64,000 bases of DNA from an uncultured Bdellovibrio sp. (lineage in GTDB: Bacteria; Bdellovibrionota; Bdellovibrionia; Bdellovibrionales; Bdellovibrionaceae), in assembly GCA_963932905.1 (NCBI GenBank), contig CAWVRN010000004.1, positions 96,001 through 160,000 of the forward strand. The letters run 5' to 3'. The translations under genes were made by a program, and so were the position numbers. Under the pieces are notes generated by a model. That model did not search any database. It saw only the letters and a program-made list of their open reading frames with translations, and was not told the DNA's origin. Positions 20,786 to 31,869 of the stretch are shown here, in pieces; positions within the stretch are counted from its first letter, which is position 1, and the number at the start of each line of letters is the position of its first letter.

Positions 20786-21715
20786 TTAAAAATTAATTCG
20801 TTCTTTTTCAATAACCATTGGTCGCTTTTGGACCTGAGTTAAAATTGTCCCAACATATTCACCAATTATTCCAATGAAAAACAACTGTATGGAAGTCATA
20901 AAGAAAAACCCAATCAACAAAGGTGCCATACCCATGCCGAATTGATCCCAAAAAATTAACTTCAAAACTAAATATATCACTGACGTAATTAACGATATCA
21001 GCCCAAGTGCGAAACCTGCTAATGTAGCCAATCGCAACGGAACTCTAGAATAGCTGACAATTCCCAACATACCAATATCATATAACGTATAAAAATTGTT
21101 TTTTGAAAAACCGCGTTTTCGAACCGGTTGTTTAAAATATATTATCTTTTTCTCGAAGCCTAAATCAGCAATAAGACCCCGAAAATAAGGGTATGGATCA
21201 TCAATAAGCCTAAGGATATCGATAACTTTTCGATCATACAAACCGGTACCTGTGTAGTTTTTAACTAACTTAACGTCAGAAATTTTCCCTAACGAATTAT
21301 AAAACAGCTTACGAATGGCATAAAACAAAGGCGACTCTTCACTTTGATTTTTAACACCAATTACAACTTTATAGCCCTGTTCCCAGCCAGCAATAAAATC
21401 TTTGATTAATTCAGGAGGATCTTGAAGATCAGAGGCCAAAAGCATAGTTGCATCGGCATTCGATTGCATTAATCCATAGACTGGAGAGCGAATATGCCCA
21501 AAGTTTCTTGTGTTACAAATTAGCTTAACATTTTTATCTTGATTACAAAGTTTTTTAACTGAATCAACCGTGCTATCAGTAGACGCATTGTCGATAAAAA
21601 TATGCTCGTAATTATAACCAGGCAACTCAGCAAAAACTTGCTTGATCCGATCATACAATTCTTGAACGTTAGCTTCCTCATTATAACAAGGCGTGACTAC
21701 AGATATGGATCGCAA
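20786..21715 (-). CDS. GtrB/ArnC-like bactoprenol-phosphate glycosyltransferase (GT2 with two C-terminal TMs)
   Basis: VTPCYNEE, IDNASTD, RNFGH, SDLQDPPELI, GIIGEYVG...KRP; TTG start with AGGAG SD. Confidence 0.9.
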   Translation of the reverse strand: MRSISVVTPCYNEEANVQELYDRIKQVFAELPGYNYEHIFIDNASTDSTVDSVKKLCNQDKNVKLICNTRNFGHIRSPVYGLMQSNADATMLLASDLQDPPELIKDFIAGWEQGYKVVIGVKNQSEESPLFYAIRKLFYNSLGKISDVKLVKNYTGTGLYDRKVIDILRLIDDPYPYFRGLIADLGFEKKIIYFKQPVRKRGFSKNNFYTLYDIGMLGIVSYSRVPLRLATLAGFALGLISLITSVIYLVLKLIFWDQFGMGMAPLLIGFFFMTSIQLFFIGIIGEYVGTILTQVQKRPMVIEKERINF

Positions 21716-21779
21716 CGAATTCTCCTATGACTGATATCACTTTTTCGAAGAATTTTAGCGAAAAGGCAAGTTAATACTT

Positions 21780-22844
21780 CTAGTTAATCCCAAAGTAATT
21801 GGCAATTTGAAGAGAGGTTAAAGACTTAACATTCTGCTTGTCATAAAACTGCTTATACCAATCTACGGTATTCTTCAAAGTGGTAGAAATATCCCACTTC
21901 GGCGCCCATTTCAGCTGATTACGAACTTTAGAAATATCTAGTTTCAGCAGCTTAGCCTCATGCACGTTTGCTACAGAAGTATTTGTCCAAAAATGTGGCT
22001 TTCCCCAAAGATTACAAACAGTATCGGCAATGACCTCAACTGTAACACAACCAGAGTCTTCAGGACCGAAATTATACCCTTGGGAAAATTTTTGAGGTTG
22101 CTCATAAAGCTTTTCAGCAAGCAAAAGATATCCACCAATTGGCTCTAAAACATGCTGCCATGGTCTAACAGATTGAGGGCTGCGAATTTCAACTTTACGC
22201 CCTTCATCTAGAGCCTGAATTAAATCAGGAACTAATCTATCTAAAGCCCAATCGCCACCACCAATGACATTTCCCGCACGTGCTGAAGCCAAGCCCACAT
22301 CTGGACGCTTTTGAAAGAAAGACTGTCGATATGCAGCTGTGACCAGCTCTGCACAGCCTTTACTACTAGAATATGGATCGTATCCGCCCATTGGGTCATT
22401 TTCTCTATAACCCCAATCCCATTCTTTGTTTTCATAACATTTATCTGTCGTTACAACGACGATACTTTTTACCGCCGGAACCGACCTTAGAGCTTCCAGT
22501 ACATTGGCAGTTCCCATAACGTTCGTTTCATATGTTTCCAAAGGGAAATCATACGAATAACGAACTAAAGGTTGCGCGGCCAAATGCAAAACAATTTCAG
22601 GATTAAATGCTACAATACTTTTTTTTAGTTCACTAAAGTTTCGAATATCTAAAATCTGATGGTCTATTGAACCAGAAATACCTAGTTCTGAAAATAAATT
22701 TATCTTGGTAGGAGGCTCAAGCGAAATCCCCTTCACATTGCTACCCCAAGAAGCTAAAATAGATGATAGCCAAGCACCCTTAAAACCCGTGTGACCAGTA
22801 ACTAAAACTCTCTTGCTTTTCCAAAACTGGTAATTGGTTACCAT
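21780..22844 (-). CDS. rfbG: CDP-glucose 4,6-dehydratase
   Basis: FWKSKRVLVTGHTGFKGAWL, HLAAQPLVR, TTDKCY, DPYSSSK, RAGNVIGGGDW, RPWQHVLEP. Confidence 0.96.
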   Translation of the reverse strand: MVTNYQFWKSKRVLVTGHTGFKGAWLSSILASWGSNVKGISLEPPTKINLFSELGISGSIDHQILDIRNFSELKKSIVAFNPEIVLHLAAQPLVRYSYDFPLETYETNVMGTANVLEALRSVPAVKSIVVVTTDKCYENKEWDWGYRENDPMGGYDPYSSSKGCAELVTAAYRQSFFQKRPDVGLASARAGNVIGGGDWALDRLVPDLIQALDEGRKVEIRSPQSVRPWQHVLEPIGGYLLLAEKLYEQPQKFSQGYNFGPEDSGCVTVEVIADTVCNLWGKPHFWTNTSVANVHEAKLLKLDISKVRNQLKWAPKWDISTTLKNTVDWYKQFYDKQNVKSLTSLQIANYFGIN

Positions 22845-23608
22845 GTTTTCCACGGCGCCTTTCCAGAAGCCCATAAAGACTCCAGGTAATTCTTATCTCT
22901 AAGCGTATCCATTGGCTGCCAAAAGCCTTCATGCTGAAAAGCACATAGTTGCCCAGCCTTGGTAATTGTCTCTAATGGACCTTTTTCCCAAACGGTCGAA
23001 TCGTCCGGAATAAAATTAAGTACATCAGAATTTAAAACAAAAAATCCCCCGTTAATGTAGCCACCTTCTCCCAATGGCTTTTCCTCAAAATTCGTCACTG
23101 TTTTATTTTCGATATGCAATTGGCCAAATCGTCCAGGCGGCCTAGTTGCAGTTACAGTCGCCATTTTTCCATGGTTTTGATGGAATTTTAACAACTCGGA
23201 AATGTTAATATCAGAAACGCCATCTCCGTACGTTAAACAAAAACTTTCTTGAGGTTTTAAATATTTTTGAATGCGCTTAACACGACCACCGGTCATGGTG
23301 TTTTCACCGGTGTCTACGACAGTCACACTCCATGGTTCTGAACCATTCTCATGGACTTCCACTTTATTATTTTTTAAATTAATTGTAATATCGCTGTTGT
23401 GGAGAAAGTAATTCACAAAGTATTCTTTTATTACGTAGCCTTTATAACCACAGCAAATGATAAATTCATTGATACCATAGCTAGAATATATTTTCATTAT
23501 ATGCCAAAGAATTGGGCGCCCACCAATTTCGATCATCGGCTTAGGGCGGAGATGACTCTCTTCACTAATTCTGGTTCCTAAACCACCTGCCAAAATGACT
23601 GCCTTCAT
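22838..23608 (-). CDS. rfbF: Glucose-1-phosphate cytidylyltransferase
   Basis: MKAVILAGGLGTRISEE, PKPMIEIG, TMTGGR, TYGDG, GFWQPMDTLRDK, APWKTW; start at ATG 23608 with GAGGGAG SD. Confidence 0.96.
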   Translation of the reverse strand: MKAVILAGGLGTRISEESHLRPKPMIEIGGRPILWHIMKIYSSYGINEFIICCGYKGYVIKEYFVNYFLHNSDITINLKNNKVEVHENGSEPWSVTVVDTGENTMTGGRVKRIQKYLKPQESFCLTYGDGVSDINISELLKFHQNHGKMATVTATRPPGRFGQLHIENKTVTNFEEKPLGEGGYINGGFFVLNSDVLNFIPDDSTVWEKGPLETITKAGQLCAFQHEGFWQPMDTLRDKNYLESLWASGKAPWKTW

Positions 23609-23771
23609 AAACGCTCCCTCAATTATTTTTCGCAATGATCGACATACTAATATAATTTTACCTAGAAGGTAAACATAAATAAACAGTACGTGGAAGTTGA
23701 CGAACAGGCCCAAAACTAGTTAGTTTTCAACCCTTACATGTTATACAAACTAAATGCGAGAAAGAGACTAA

Positions 23772-25898
23772 ATGACGTTCATTAATAGCCTTAGGAAACA
23801 CTCTACTGACATCGCTTTACTGATCGCCATTTTTGTTTTCTTTCCATTTGTTTATAGTCTAACATTCAAACAAACAGGTAATATTTGGAGATACCCCCTC
23901 GGCTACGGCGAAGATGGGGCTTTAACCCTAGCAATCATTAAGGGAATTATTCAAAATGGGTGGTATCTCGAGAATCCGTACCTGGGCGCCCCATTCAATC
24001 AATTAAATTTCGATTTTCCGATTCCCGATCTACTATTCCTATTCATTATCAAAATCCTAGGACTTTTTCGCGCCGATCATTTTCAAATATTTAACATGTT
24101 TTTCTACCTTTCCTACTCGATGGTGGGATGCAGTGCTTTCGCTGTACTCCGAAGGTTAAATATTTCTCCCGCAGTTAGCCTCCTTGGCGCTTTCGTTTTT
24201 GCTTTTTTGCCGTATCATCAACTTCGACTTAATCATCTTTTTTTAATCAATTATTTTGCAGTTCCCGTATTCGCTTACTACGCATACAAATGCTTTTTAG
24301 AAGATAAAAAAATCTCTGGAAAAGAACTATTGATATCGGGGGCCCTTATCACTCTCGCTTCGGCAGGCGGCGTTTATTACGCCTTTTTCGGAGGATTCTT
24401 TATTGGTGTATCTGCCACTCTCGCTTGGCTAAAAAATTCGAATATTTTAGCAGTCAAACGAGCTATCAGCTATATTGGAGTTATATCAGTTACAGTTTTG
24501 CTTTGCATATCACCAAATATTGTTTGGCAGATGGAAAATGGAAAAAATCCAACGGTCGGACAACGTATTTTTATGGAATCAGAAGTTTTTGGTTTAAAGA
24601 TTGCGCAGCTAGTTCTACCAATGCAGGGACACCGACTCGGAGCATTTGCAAAAATAAATCGCAGCTACTCAAGCATGGCTCCCAATGTTAACGAAAATGC
24701 TGGATCAAGCCTCGGCATGTTTGGAGTCATTGGTTTTCTGGGTTTACTTTTGATGATTCTGGATATCAGGCCGATTGACCCTAAAACTTATATTACTTCA
24801 AGATTGAATTTTCTTGGCGTTCTTTTTGCGACGGTGGGAGGAGCCGGAGTTTTATTTTCTATGTTCGTTACTCCACAGTTCCGGGGAATGAACCGAATTA
24901 GTACATTTATTGCTTTTTACTCTATCGTTTACTTTTGCGTTCTCGTTGATAAGATAATTAATAAAATTAATTTGAAACTATTTTCGTTGATTAGCCTCAG
25001 GTACATAGCCGTCCCCCTATTGTTTATATTTTCCTACTGGGACCAAGTAAGTCCACAACACGCACCCGGAATTGTTCATGCCTATTCAATGTTTGACAGC
25101 AACGACTCTTTTTTCAAAAACTTAGAAAAAACAGTCCCTTCTCAAGCAATGATTTATCAATTGCCATATGTGCGCTACCCAGAAAGCCAGATACTTTTCA
25201 AAGAAGGGTATTATGCTCTAGTGCGACCGTACCTACATACAGAAAAAATCAAATGGAGTTATGGTCAAATGGGATATAGAGATGGTGACGCATGGATGTC
25301 TGCTCTATCAGCATATCCAATCGAAAAACAAATAGCAGTTTTAACGGACTTTCCTTTTTCGGGTGTCTTAATTGACAGACTGGGACTACGAGACAATGGG
25401 GCAGACCTTGAGGGGAAGCTAAACAAGTTAATTCCCGATGCCCCTCTAATTAGTCCAGACAAACGATACTCTTATTATTCTTTTGAAAACTACAAAGGAT
25501 TATCGGGAACAGAAACCCTTTTGCCTATTTTTAATAATAACTGGTATCCCCCCGAAACTGACGGCCCCGCAAAATGGATGTGGTCGAGATCAAACGATTC
25601 GTCATTTATTTTAAAACCGTTTTCAAACAAAACAACTCGGTGCATAGTTAAGTTTAATCTGCAAGCAAGTAAACCATCGATAGTTACAATGACAACGACT
25701 GATGCATCTGTAGCTACCAAATCCTACGATTTCAATAAAGAGAACAACTTTGACGTCACCCTGGATATCTTGGTTAAAAAAGAGGGAACGCGACTAAGTT
25801 TCAAAACCGAAACAGAACCAATTCAGCTCGATGCTTCAGATGCGAGATACTTTTCCTTCAGACTAAGAGACCTAACTGTTTGCGGAGAGAAGTTTTAG
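23772..25898 (+). CDS. Large membrane protein, GT-C/YfhO-like glycosyltransferase candidate with a periplasmic C-terminal domain
   Basis: GED acidic motif after TM1, NPYLGAP, FAFLPYH, QFRGMNR, ~12 TMs, ~280-aa soluble tail. Confidence 0.6.
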   Translation: MTFINSLRKHSTDIALLIAIFVFFPFVYSLTFKQTGNIWRYPLGYGEDGALTLAIIKGIIQNGWYLENPYLGAPFNQLNFDFPIPDLLFLFIIKILGLFRADHFQIFNMFFYLSYSMVGCSAFAVLRRLNISPAVSLLGAFVFAFLPYHQLRLNHLFLINYFAVPVFAYYAYKCFLEDKKISGKELLISGALITLASAGGVYYAFFGGFFIGVSATLAWLKNSNILAVKRAISYIGVISVTVLLCISPNIVWQMENGKNPTVGQRIFMESEVFGLKIAQLVLPMQGHRLGAFAKINRSYSSMAPNVNENAGSSLGMFGVIGFLGLLLMILDIRPIDPKTYITSRLNFLGVLFATVGGAGVLFSMFVTPQFRGMNRISTFIAFYSIVYFCVLVDKIINKINLKLFSLISLRYIAVPLLFIFSYWDQVSPQHAPGIVHAYSMFDSNDSFFKNLEKTVPSQAMIYQLPYVRYPESQILFKEGYYALVRPYLHTEKIKWSYGQMGYRDGDAWMSALSAYPIEKQIAVLTDFPFSGVLIDRLGLRDNGADLEGKLNKLIPDAPLISPDKRYSYYSFENYKGLSGTETLLPIFNNNWYPPETDGPAKWMWSRSNDSSFILKPFSNKTTRCIVKFNLQASKPSIVTMTTTDASVATKSYDFNKENNFDVTLDILVKKEGTRLSFKTETEPIQLDASDARYFSFRLRDLTVCGEKF

Positions 25899-25908
25899 CC
25901 AGAATACT

Positions 25909-26229
25909 TTAACCCGGGTATTTGTCATTTTTTGAGCTTGGGACCTTCACTACAACAGTGATCGTGTCTTCAAGTGCCTCAAATGCAGTAGATTCGTTAG
26001 GTTTAATAACTATAATTGCGCCTGATTCGTAAACACTGTTAAACATTCTGACTTTGCCTTTTGCGATAACAGTAATTTCCGTGGATATTTTATGATGGTG
26101 TTTTGATTCCGAATCACCTTTTTTATATTCTTTTACCGCGACCTCAAATTCTTTTGAGGAGATAACGTTGGGCTCGAAATCTCCGACGAACCATCCTTTA
26201 GTCATTTTACTTAAATCAAATAAATCCAT
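25909..26229 (-). CDS. Small cupin-fold protein
   Basis: KGWFVGDFEP, HHHKISTEITVI cupin-like motif; last gene of the gmd-rmd operon. Confidence 0.7.
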   Translation of the reverse strand: MDLFDLSKMTKGWFVGDFEPNVISSKEFEVAVKEYKKGDSESKHHHKISTEITVIAKGKVRMFNSVYESGAIIVIKPNESTAFEALEDTITVVVKVPSSKNDKYPG

Positions 26230-26232
26230 TTC

Positions 26233-27402
26233 CTACCCCGAAATCATTTCGATAAGTTTGCAAGTATACGAATCCCAGTCATAACTATCTTGAACCAAAG
26301 ATAAGTTTTTCCTTTCTATCATTTCTTGCATTCCGGACGCTATTGAATACTCATCCCAAGACTCAACATACACAGAGGAATAGCAAGAGGCTTCAGGCAA
26401 ACTACTACCCCAATTACTTAAGGATACTTTGCCTAGAGAGCGTGCCAGTGCCAATGGAAGTCCGTAGCCCTCATAGCAAGAGATCATACACAGACCTTGG
26501 GAATCTCTGATAGCAGCGTACATATCCTCATCACTTAAATATCCGGTAAAATGTAACCGATTCTTTAATTGGGGATCATTACAATGCTTTTCGAAAATGA
26601 TATCGCTCTTCCAGCCACTTCCTCCAACAAAAACTAGTTTATATTCAGGATGAAGTTGGCTAAAAACTTTGAAACCTTCCAAGAGCTTTACGATATTTTT
26701 TCTGGGTTCAACTGATCCAACCACTATAAAATATTTATCCAAATTAACCGGTTTTCGCGCTGAAGAATTCGCGTGAAAACCATCAGCCATTTTGTAGGTT
26801 GGTAGCTGCAAATAACTTAATTTTTGTTTTGAACCAGAAAAGCCATAATCATAGATATCTAGTAAGCAATGCCGAGAAATTGATATTACATGGTTGAAAC
26901 GACTTACAAATGGCAGATAGTGATTGTTAAACCAATCGGCAACTCCCGTATTCGCATATTCGGGCAACAGAGTTGGCGTAATATCATAAAGAGTAATAGA
27001 TTTAGTCACACTACTTTTTCGATTTAGAATCTCGTCACATCCGAAAAGACTTTGAATATGAAAGTGATCTGACGAATCAAGTATCTGATGAATAGCATCA
27101 TCAGACATATCATAGTCATATTTCGAAAAATCAAACCCCCAAATTTCCACGGATGTTAGACCAATTGATTCTTCTATAGATTTCAATATGTTCTTTGGAT
27201 TTCTTAAGAAAATCTTATGACTAGAACCTTTAACTCCTTCTGGCAAAAAAGGAAGCAAGATAATTTCTTTATCCGGAAACTTTTTTCGATTTCGAACGAC
27301 GCTCAATAAAACTTGGTGAATAACTTCCTGAATACCCGTTTTTTTAAGATGGGTATCAGAAATCGTTAAATTCGCAACATCGACAACAATTTTCTTTTTC
27401 AT
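26233..27402 (-). CDS. Glycosyltransferase family 4 (WbpX/MtfB-like)
   Basis: TGIQEV, YDITP, VGSVEPRKN, EGYGLP. Confidence 0.87.
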   Translation of the reverse strand: MKKKIVVDVANLTISDTHLKKTGIQEVIHQVLLSVVRNRKKFPDKEIILLPFLPEGVKGSSHKIFLRNPKNILKSIEESIGLTSVEIWGFDFSKYDYDMSDDAIHQILDSSDHFHIQSLFGCDEILNRKSSVTKSITLYDITPTLLPEYANTGVADWFNNHYLPFVSRFNHVISISRHCLLDIYDYGFSGSKQKLSYLQLPTYKMADGFHANSSARKPVNLDKYFIVVGSVEPRKNIVKLLEGFKVFSQLHPEYKLVFVGGSGWKSDIIFEKHCNDPQLKNRLHFTGYLSDEDMYAAIRDSQGLCMISCYEGYGLPLALARSLGKVSLSNWGSSLPEASCYSSVYVESWDEYSIASGMQEMIERKNLSLVQDSYDWDSYTCKLIEMISG

Positions 27403-28364
27403 TTTTTTCTTAGTATAATAAATAAGTCTTGATATTCATTAGTGAAAAACTCATTTCTAGAAGTGTAATCATCAACAGCAATCGCTGTATTGTTCGAATC
27501 AAACACTCCAAAAAACGATTCAAAACCCAGGGATTCAACAAGTGCTCTAATGGCAGATAAAGGGTAAGGTCGAATATGCTGTTCATCTGCCCAAAACAAA
27601 TCGGCTAATGTCCTGAAGTTCAATGTATTTGGCATCTCTATAAAAGCTACTCCGTTAGCATTTAGCATATCTTTAAGCTTTTTAAAAAAATAATATTGAT
27701 CAATAACTTGCAAATGCTCAACCAAATGGATTGCCGTAATAAAATCAAATTTTTCGGTAGTCATAGAAGTAAAGCTCATTACATCAGCCTGAATATATCT
27801 ATTACCTCTTAACCCTTCTGGTTCAAAAAAAGTGCAAAACGAGTCTACACCACAAACTGAACCAAAATTTAGTTTCTTTTGAAACATTTCAGTCACGTAG
27901 CCATTTCCGGCCCCCAAATCAACATATGATTTACCAACAAATTCACCAGAATGAAAAAACCCATGTTCAACCATATACTCCAGGCGATGGTGATAACGAG
28001 TTCTCAAACTCTCAACACTGCCTCTCAAAAAAGTTGTAAAAGACACAAGATGATCCAGCTTTTCTTTTGAAACCGAATTTTTAATCAACCCTTGATCAAC
28101 TGTTCCAGAATGATCAGTCGCCTTACCGTACAGAAGGTAATTTAGCTTACCATCCATTATAATTGTGCGTTGCTTGGTGCGTTCAAAACCTTCCATAACA
28201 TCATCAAAGCGACTATAATTACGCCGGTTAAGTTCAAGAAGTGCTCGCAGATCGGCGGGATCAAAAGCTGTCAATTGATAGAAATTTCTAATACGGAAAT
28301 ATATCCGTTTGGGTAATAGTTTCTTAAGCGATCTGACTATAAGCGATTTGATTTTGCCAAACAT
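27399..28364 (-). CDS. SAM-dependent methyltransferase with N-terminal helical extension (O-antigen-terminator-like)
   Basis: VDLGAGNG, IHLVEHL, IEMPN, FWADEQHIRP; basic amphipathic N-terminus. Confidence 0.75.
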   Translation of the reverse strand: MFGKIKSLIVRSLKKLLPKRIYFRIRNFYQLTAFDPADLRALLELNRRNYSRFDDVMEGFERTKQRTIIMDGKLNYLLYGKATDHSGTVDQGLIKNSVSKEKLDHLVSFTTFLRGSVESLRTRYHHRLEYMVEHGFFHSGEFVGKSYVDLGAGNGYVTEMFQKKLNFGSVCGVDSFCTFFEPEGLRGNRYIQADVMSFTSMTTEKFDFITAIHLVEHLQVIDQYYFFKKLKDMLNANGVAFIEMPNTLNFRTLADLFWADEQHIRPYPLSAIRALVESLGFESFFGVFDSNNTAIAVDDYTSRNEFFTNEYQDLFIILRKK

Positions 28365-29236
28365 TAAATACCCTTTAAAAATGCGTCTACAAACTCCGCA
28401 TCTGATTTTTTATTTTTATAAGAAGAACTGAAAGAACCGATAATATGAGTCGGTTCACCACTTCTTACTAAAGCTGGATCAGTTTCAATTTTGACTTTTT
28501 TATTTAACTTTTCAGAAAACAAATTTACTAATGACCTTAGATTTCTTCCCACACCACTCGATAAATTCAAAACTTCGAATTTACCACGTGAATTACTTTT
28601 TAGGTCGGCCAGGAAAAACTCCATAAGATCCGACACCAAACTAAAATCACGATAGATATCTAGGTTACCTAATTTTATGGTATCCCCGTCTTTTGCGTTT
28701 AGAATTTGGTTATAAACCGATGGCAGGAAGAAACGATTCGATTGTGACTTGTGTGTATGATTAAACAGTCTTAATATCGTCACGTGCGCTGAAGAAATCT
28801 GTGAATACCCTTCGAGAGTTTTCTCCGCCAATAACTTTGTGAACGCATATGTGTTTTGCGGCTCAATAACAGATTGATGATCAAAACTGACACGATCATT
28901 TTTTTGAACCGATTTGTAGACTTGAGCCGTACTTGAAAAATACAAGTTCCCAGCAAAGTTAATATTCCTAAGTGCAAATACCAAATTCTCGGTACCTAGG
29001 CAGTTTACTTGTAATGCTTTTCCAGGATCTGCTTCACATTCCATAACGTGGCTCATGCCAGCCAAATGAATCACAACATCAGGAACAAAGGATTGTATAG
29101 AGGTAGTGAGTTCAGAGTTATTTATTATTTCACCCGTGAACTCATGAACTTGAAAAAGGTCCGAATTCTGCTTAAGCAGAGTCACTAGATGACTGCCTAA
29201 AAAACCAGTGGATCCAGTGACAAAGACCTTTTTCAT
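28364..29236 (-). CDS. rmd: GDP-4-keto-6-deoxy-D-mannose reductase (GDP-D-rhamnose synthase-like SDR)
   Basis: TGSTGFLG, HLAGMS, YAFTK, RLFNH, LGNLDIYRDF; directly downstream of gmd. Confidence 0.72.
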   Translation of the reverse strand: MKKVFVTGSTGFLGSHLVTLLKQNSDLFQVHEFTGEIINNSELTTSIQSFVPDVVIHLAGMSHVMECEADPGKALQVNCLGTENLVFALRNINFAGNLYFSSTAQVYKSVQKNDRVSFDHQSVIEPQNTYAFTKLLAEKTLEGYSQISSAHVTILRLFNHTHKSQSNRFFLPSVYNQILNAKDGDTIKLGNLDIYRDFSLVSDLMEFFLADLKSNSRGKFEVLNLSSGVGRNLRSLVNLFSEKLNKKVKIETDPALVRSGEPTHIIGSFSSSYKNKKSDAEFVDAFLKGI

Positions 29237-29240
29237 TTAA

Positions 29241-30239
<999 letters not shown>

Positions 30240-30340
30240 TTATTGCCCGACTTTGCAAGAGTTATTTTTGACTCTTTTGATCAATACCACACAGTTTAAC
30301 AGCGCTTGAACTTAGCTACGGAACACTGTAATACTGAGTT

Positions 30341-31126
30341 ATGCGCGTTAACCGAGTAATAGACATGTTCTGCCCATATCACAAATTCTTAGTTTTCAAC
30401 CTCGTTCGGCGGAATTTGAAACTAAAATATCGAAAATCCTTTTTAGGGATCTTTTGGACGCTTCTGGCGCCCCTAATAACCGCCCTTATATACTACGTTG
30501 TTTTCCAATTTATCATGAAGGTACAAGTACCTAACTACATTTTGTTTTTGCTATTAGGTTTAATGCCTTGGGGTTTCTTTGTCGGATGCCTAAATTCTGG
30601 ACTGGAATCACTAGTAGCCAATGCTAGTCTTTTGAACAAAATCCCGCTACCGCTGCACGCTATTGCGTTCTCTGACTGCATTACGGCGTTCATTAACTTT
30701 GCCTTCTCGATTCCTGTTATTTTGGGTGTGGCGATTGCGACACAAGCGCCTATAGGACTAAGCATGTTAGCTTTCCCTTATTTTCTATTTTTGCTTTTCA
30801 TTCAGGGATACTCTCTTGCCATAATTTTAGGTCTATATTTCGTATCATTTCGCGATTTAAGGCATGCCCTTCAGATTCTACTACAAATCTGGTTCTACCT
30901 TACTCCCATTATCTACGAATCAAAAATGGTCCCTGCAAATTTGAATTTCCTGGTGGTGCTAAATCCTCTATCCGCGATTTTTTCAGGAATTCACGATATA
31001 TTTATTTATGGCCAGGCTCCGAGTTCGTTTCAGTATCTGCACTCGTTGATTTGGACACTGATTATTTTTTTCTCCTCTTATTTCGTTCTAAAATATAAAC
31101 AAGATACAGTTATCGAGTCATTATGA
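30341..31126 (+). CDS. wzm: O-antigen ABC transporter permease
   Basis: LKYRKSFLGIFW, FRDLRH, WFYLTPIIY, LNPL; 6 TMs. Confidence 0.93.
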   Translation: MRVNRVIDMFCPYHKFLVFNLVRRNLKLKYRKSFLGIFWTLLAPLITALIYYVVFQFIMKVQVPNYILFLLLGLMPWGFFVGCLNSGLESLVANASLLNKIPLPLHAIAFSDCITAFINFAFSIPVILGVAIATQAPIGLSMLAFPYFLFLLFIQGYSLAIILGLYFVSFRDLRHALQILLQIWFYLTPIIYESKMVPANLNFLVVLNPLSAIFSGIHDIFIYGQAPSSFQYLHSLIWTLIIFFSSYFVLKYKQDTVIESL

Positions 31127-31869
31127 GCCAACCTGCCATTCAATTAATCAATGTTTCGAAGTCGTTTAAGTATTGGGAGAATAAACCCAATTCGATTAAA
31201 ACTATTTTAAATAAACTGAGCAAACTGCAATTTGAAAAATCTAAATATCGCCAAATCGACGTTCTCGAAGGCGTGAATCTGACAATCAATCCTGGTGAGT
31301 TTGTAGGCATCATGGGGCGCAATGGCGTCGGTAAAAGCACGCTGCTCAAAATCATTACGGGTATTTATTCACCCACTAGTGGCGAAGTAAAAATTAACGG
31401 AAAAATCGCTCCCTTGTTGGAACTTGGTGCGGGATTTTCTGAAGAATTATCTGGTTACGAAAATGTATTTTTGAATGCCGCAATTTTGGGTTTCAGCCGA
31501 AAAAAAATGATGGACGACGTAGATAGAATCATCGAGTTTTCTGAGCTTGGCGAGAAAATCCACATGCCCGTACGTAACTATTCTTCTGGAATGCTAGTAC
31601 GCTTAGGTTTTGCAATTGCTGCCCATTTAGATGCGTCTATCTTGTTATTTGATGAAATCCTAGCTGTCGGCGATATGGGCTTCCAAAGAAAATGCTTAGC
31701 CAAAATTGATGAATTATACCACGCGGGTAAATCCATCATCCTTGTCACCCATTCTCCTGAACAGGTAGAAAGATTTTGCAAACGTTGTATTGTTTTTGAA
31801 AATAAAAAAGTAATTTTTGACGGCCCTGCAAGAGAAGGCACACAAGTCTACTTAAACGAATTTAAATAA
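31123..31869 (+). CDS. wzt: O-antigen ABC transporter ATPase without a C-terminal carbohydrate-binding domain
   Basis: GRNGVGKST, LLELGAGF, YSSGM, DEILAVGD; only 248 aa. Confidence 0.94.
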   Translation: MSQPAIQLINVSKSFKYWENKPNSIKTILNKLSKLQFEKSKYRQIDVLEGVNLTINPGEFVGIMGRNGVGKSTLLKIITGIYSPTSGEVKINGKIAPLLELGAGFSEELSGYENVFLNAAILGFSRKKMMDDVDRIIEFSELGEKIHMPVRNYSSGMLVRLGFAIAAHLDASILLFDEILAVGDMGFQRKCLAKIDELYHAGKSIILVTHSPEQVERFCKRCIVFENKKVIFDGPAREGTQVYLNEFK

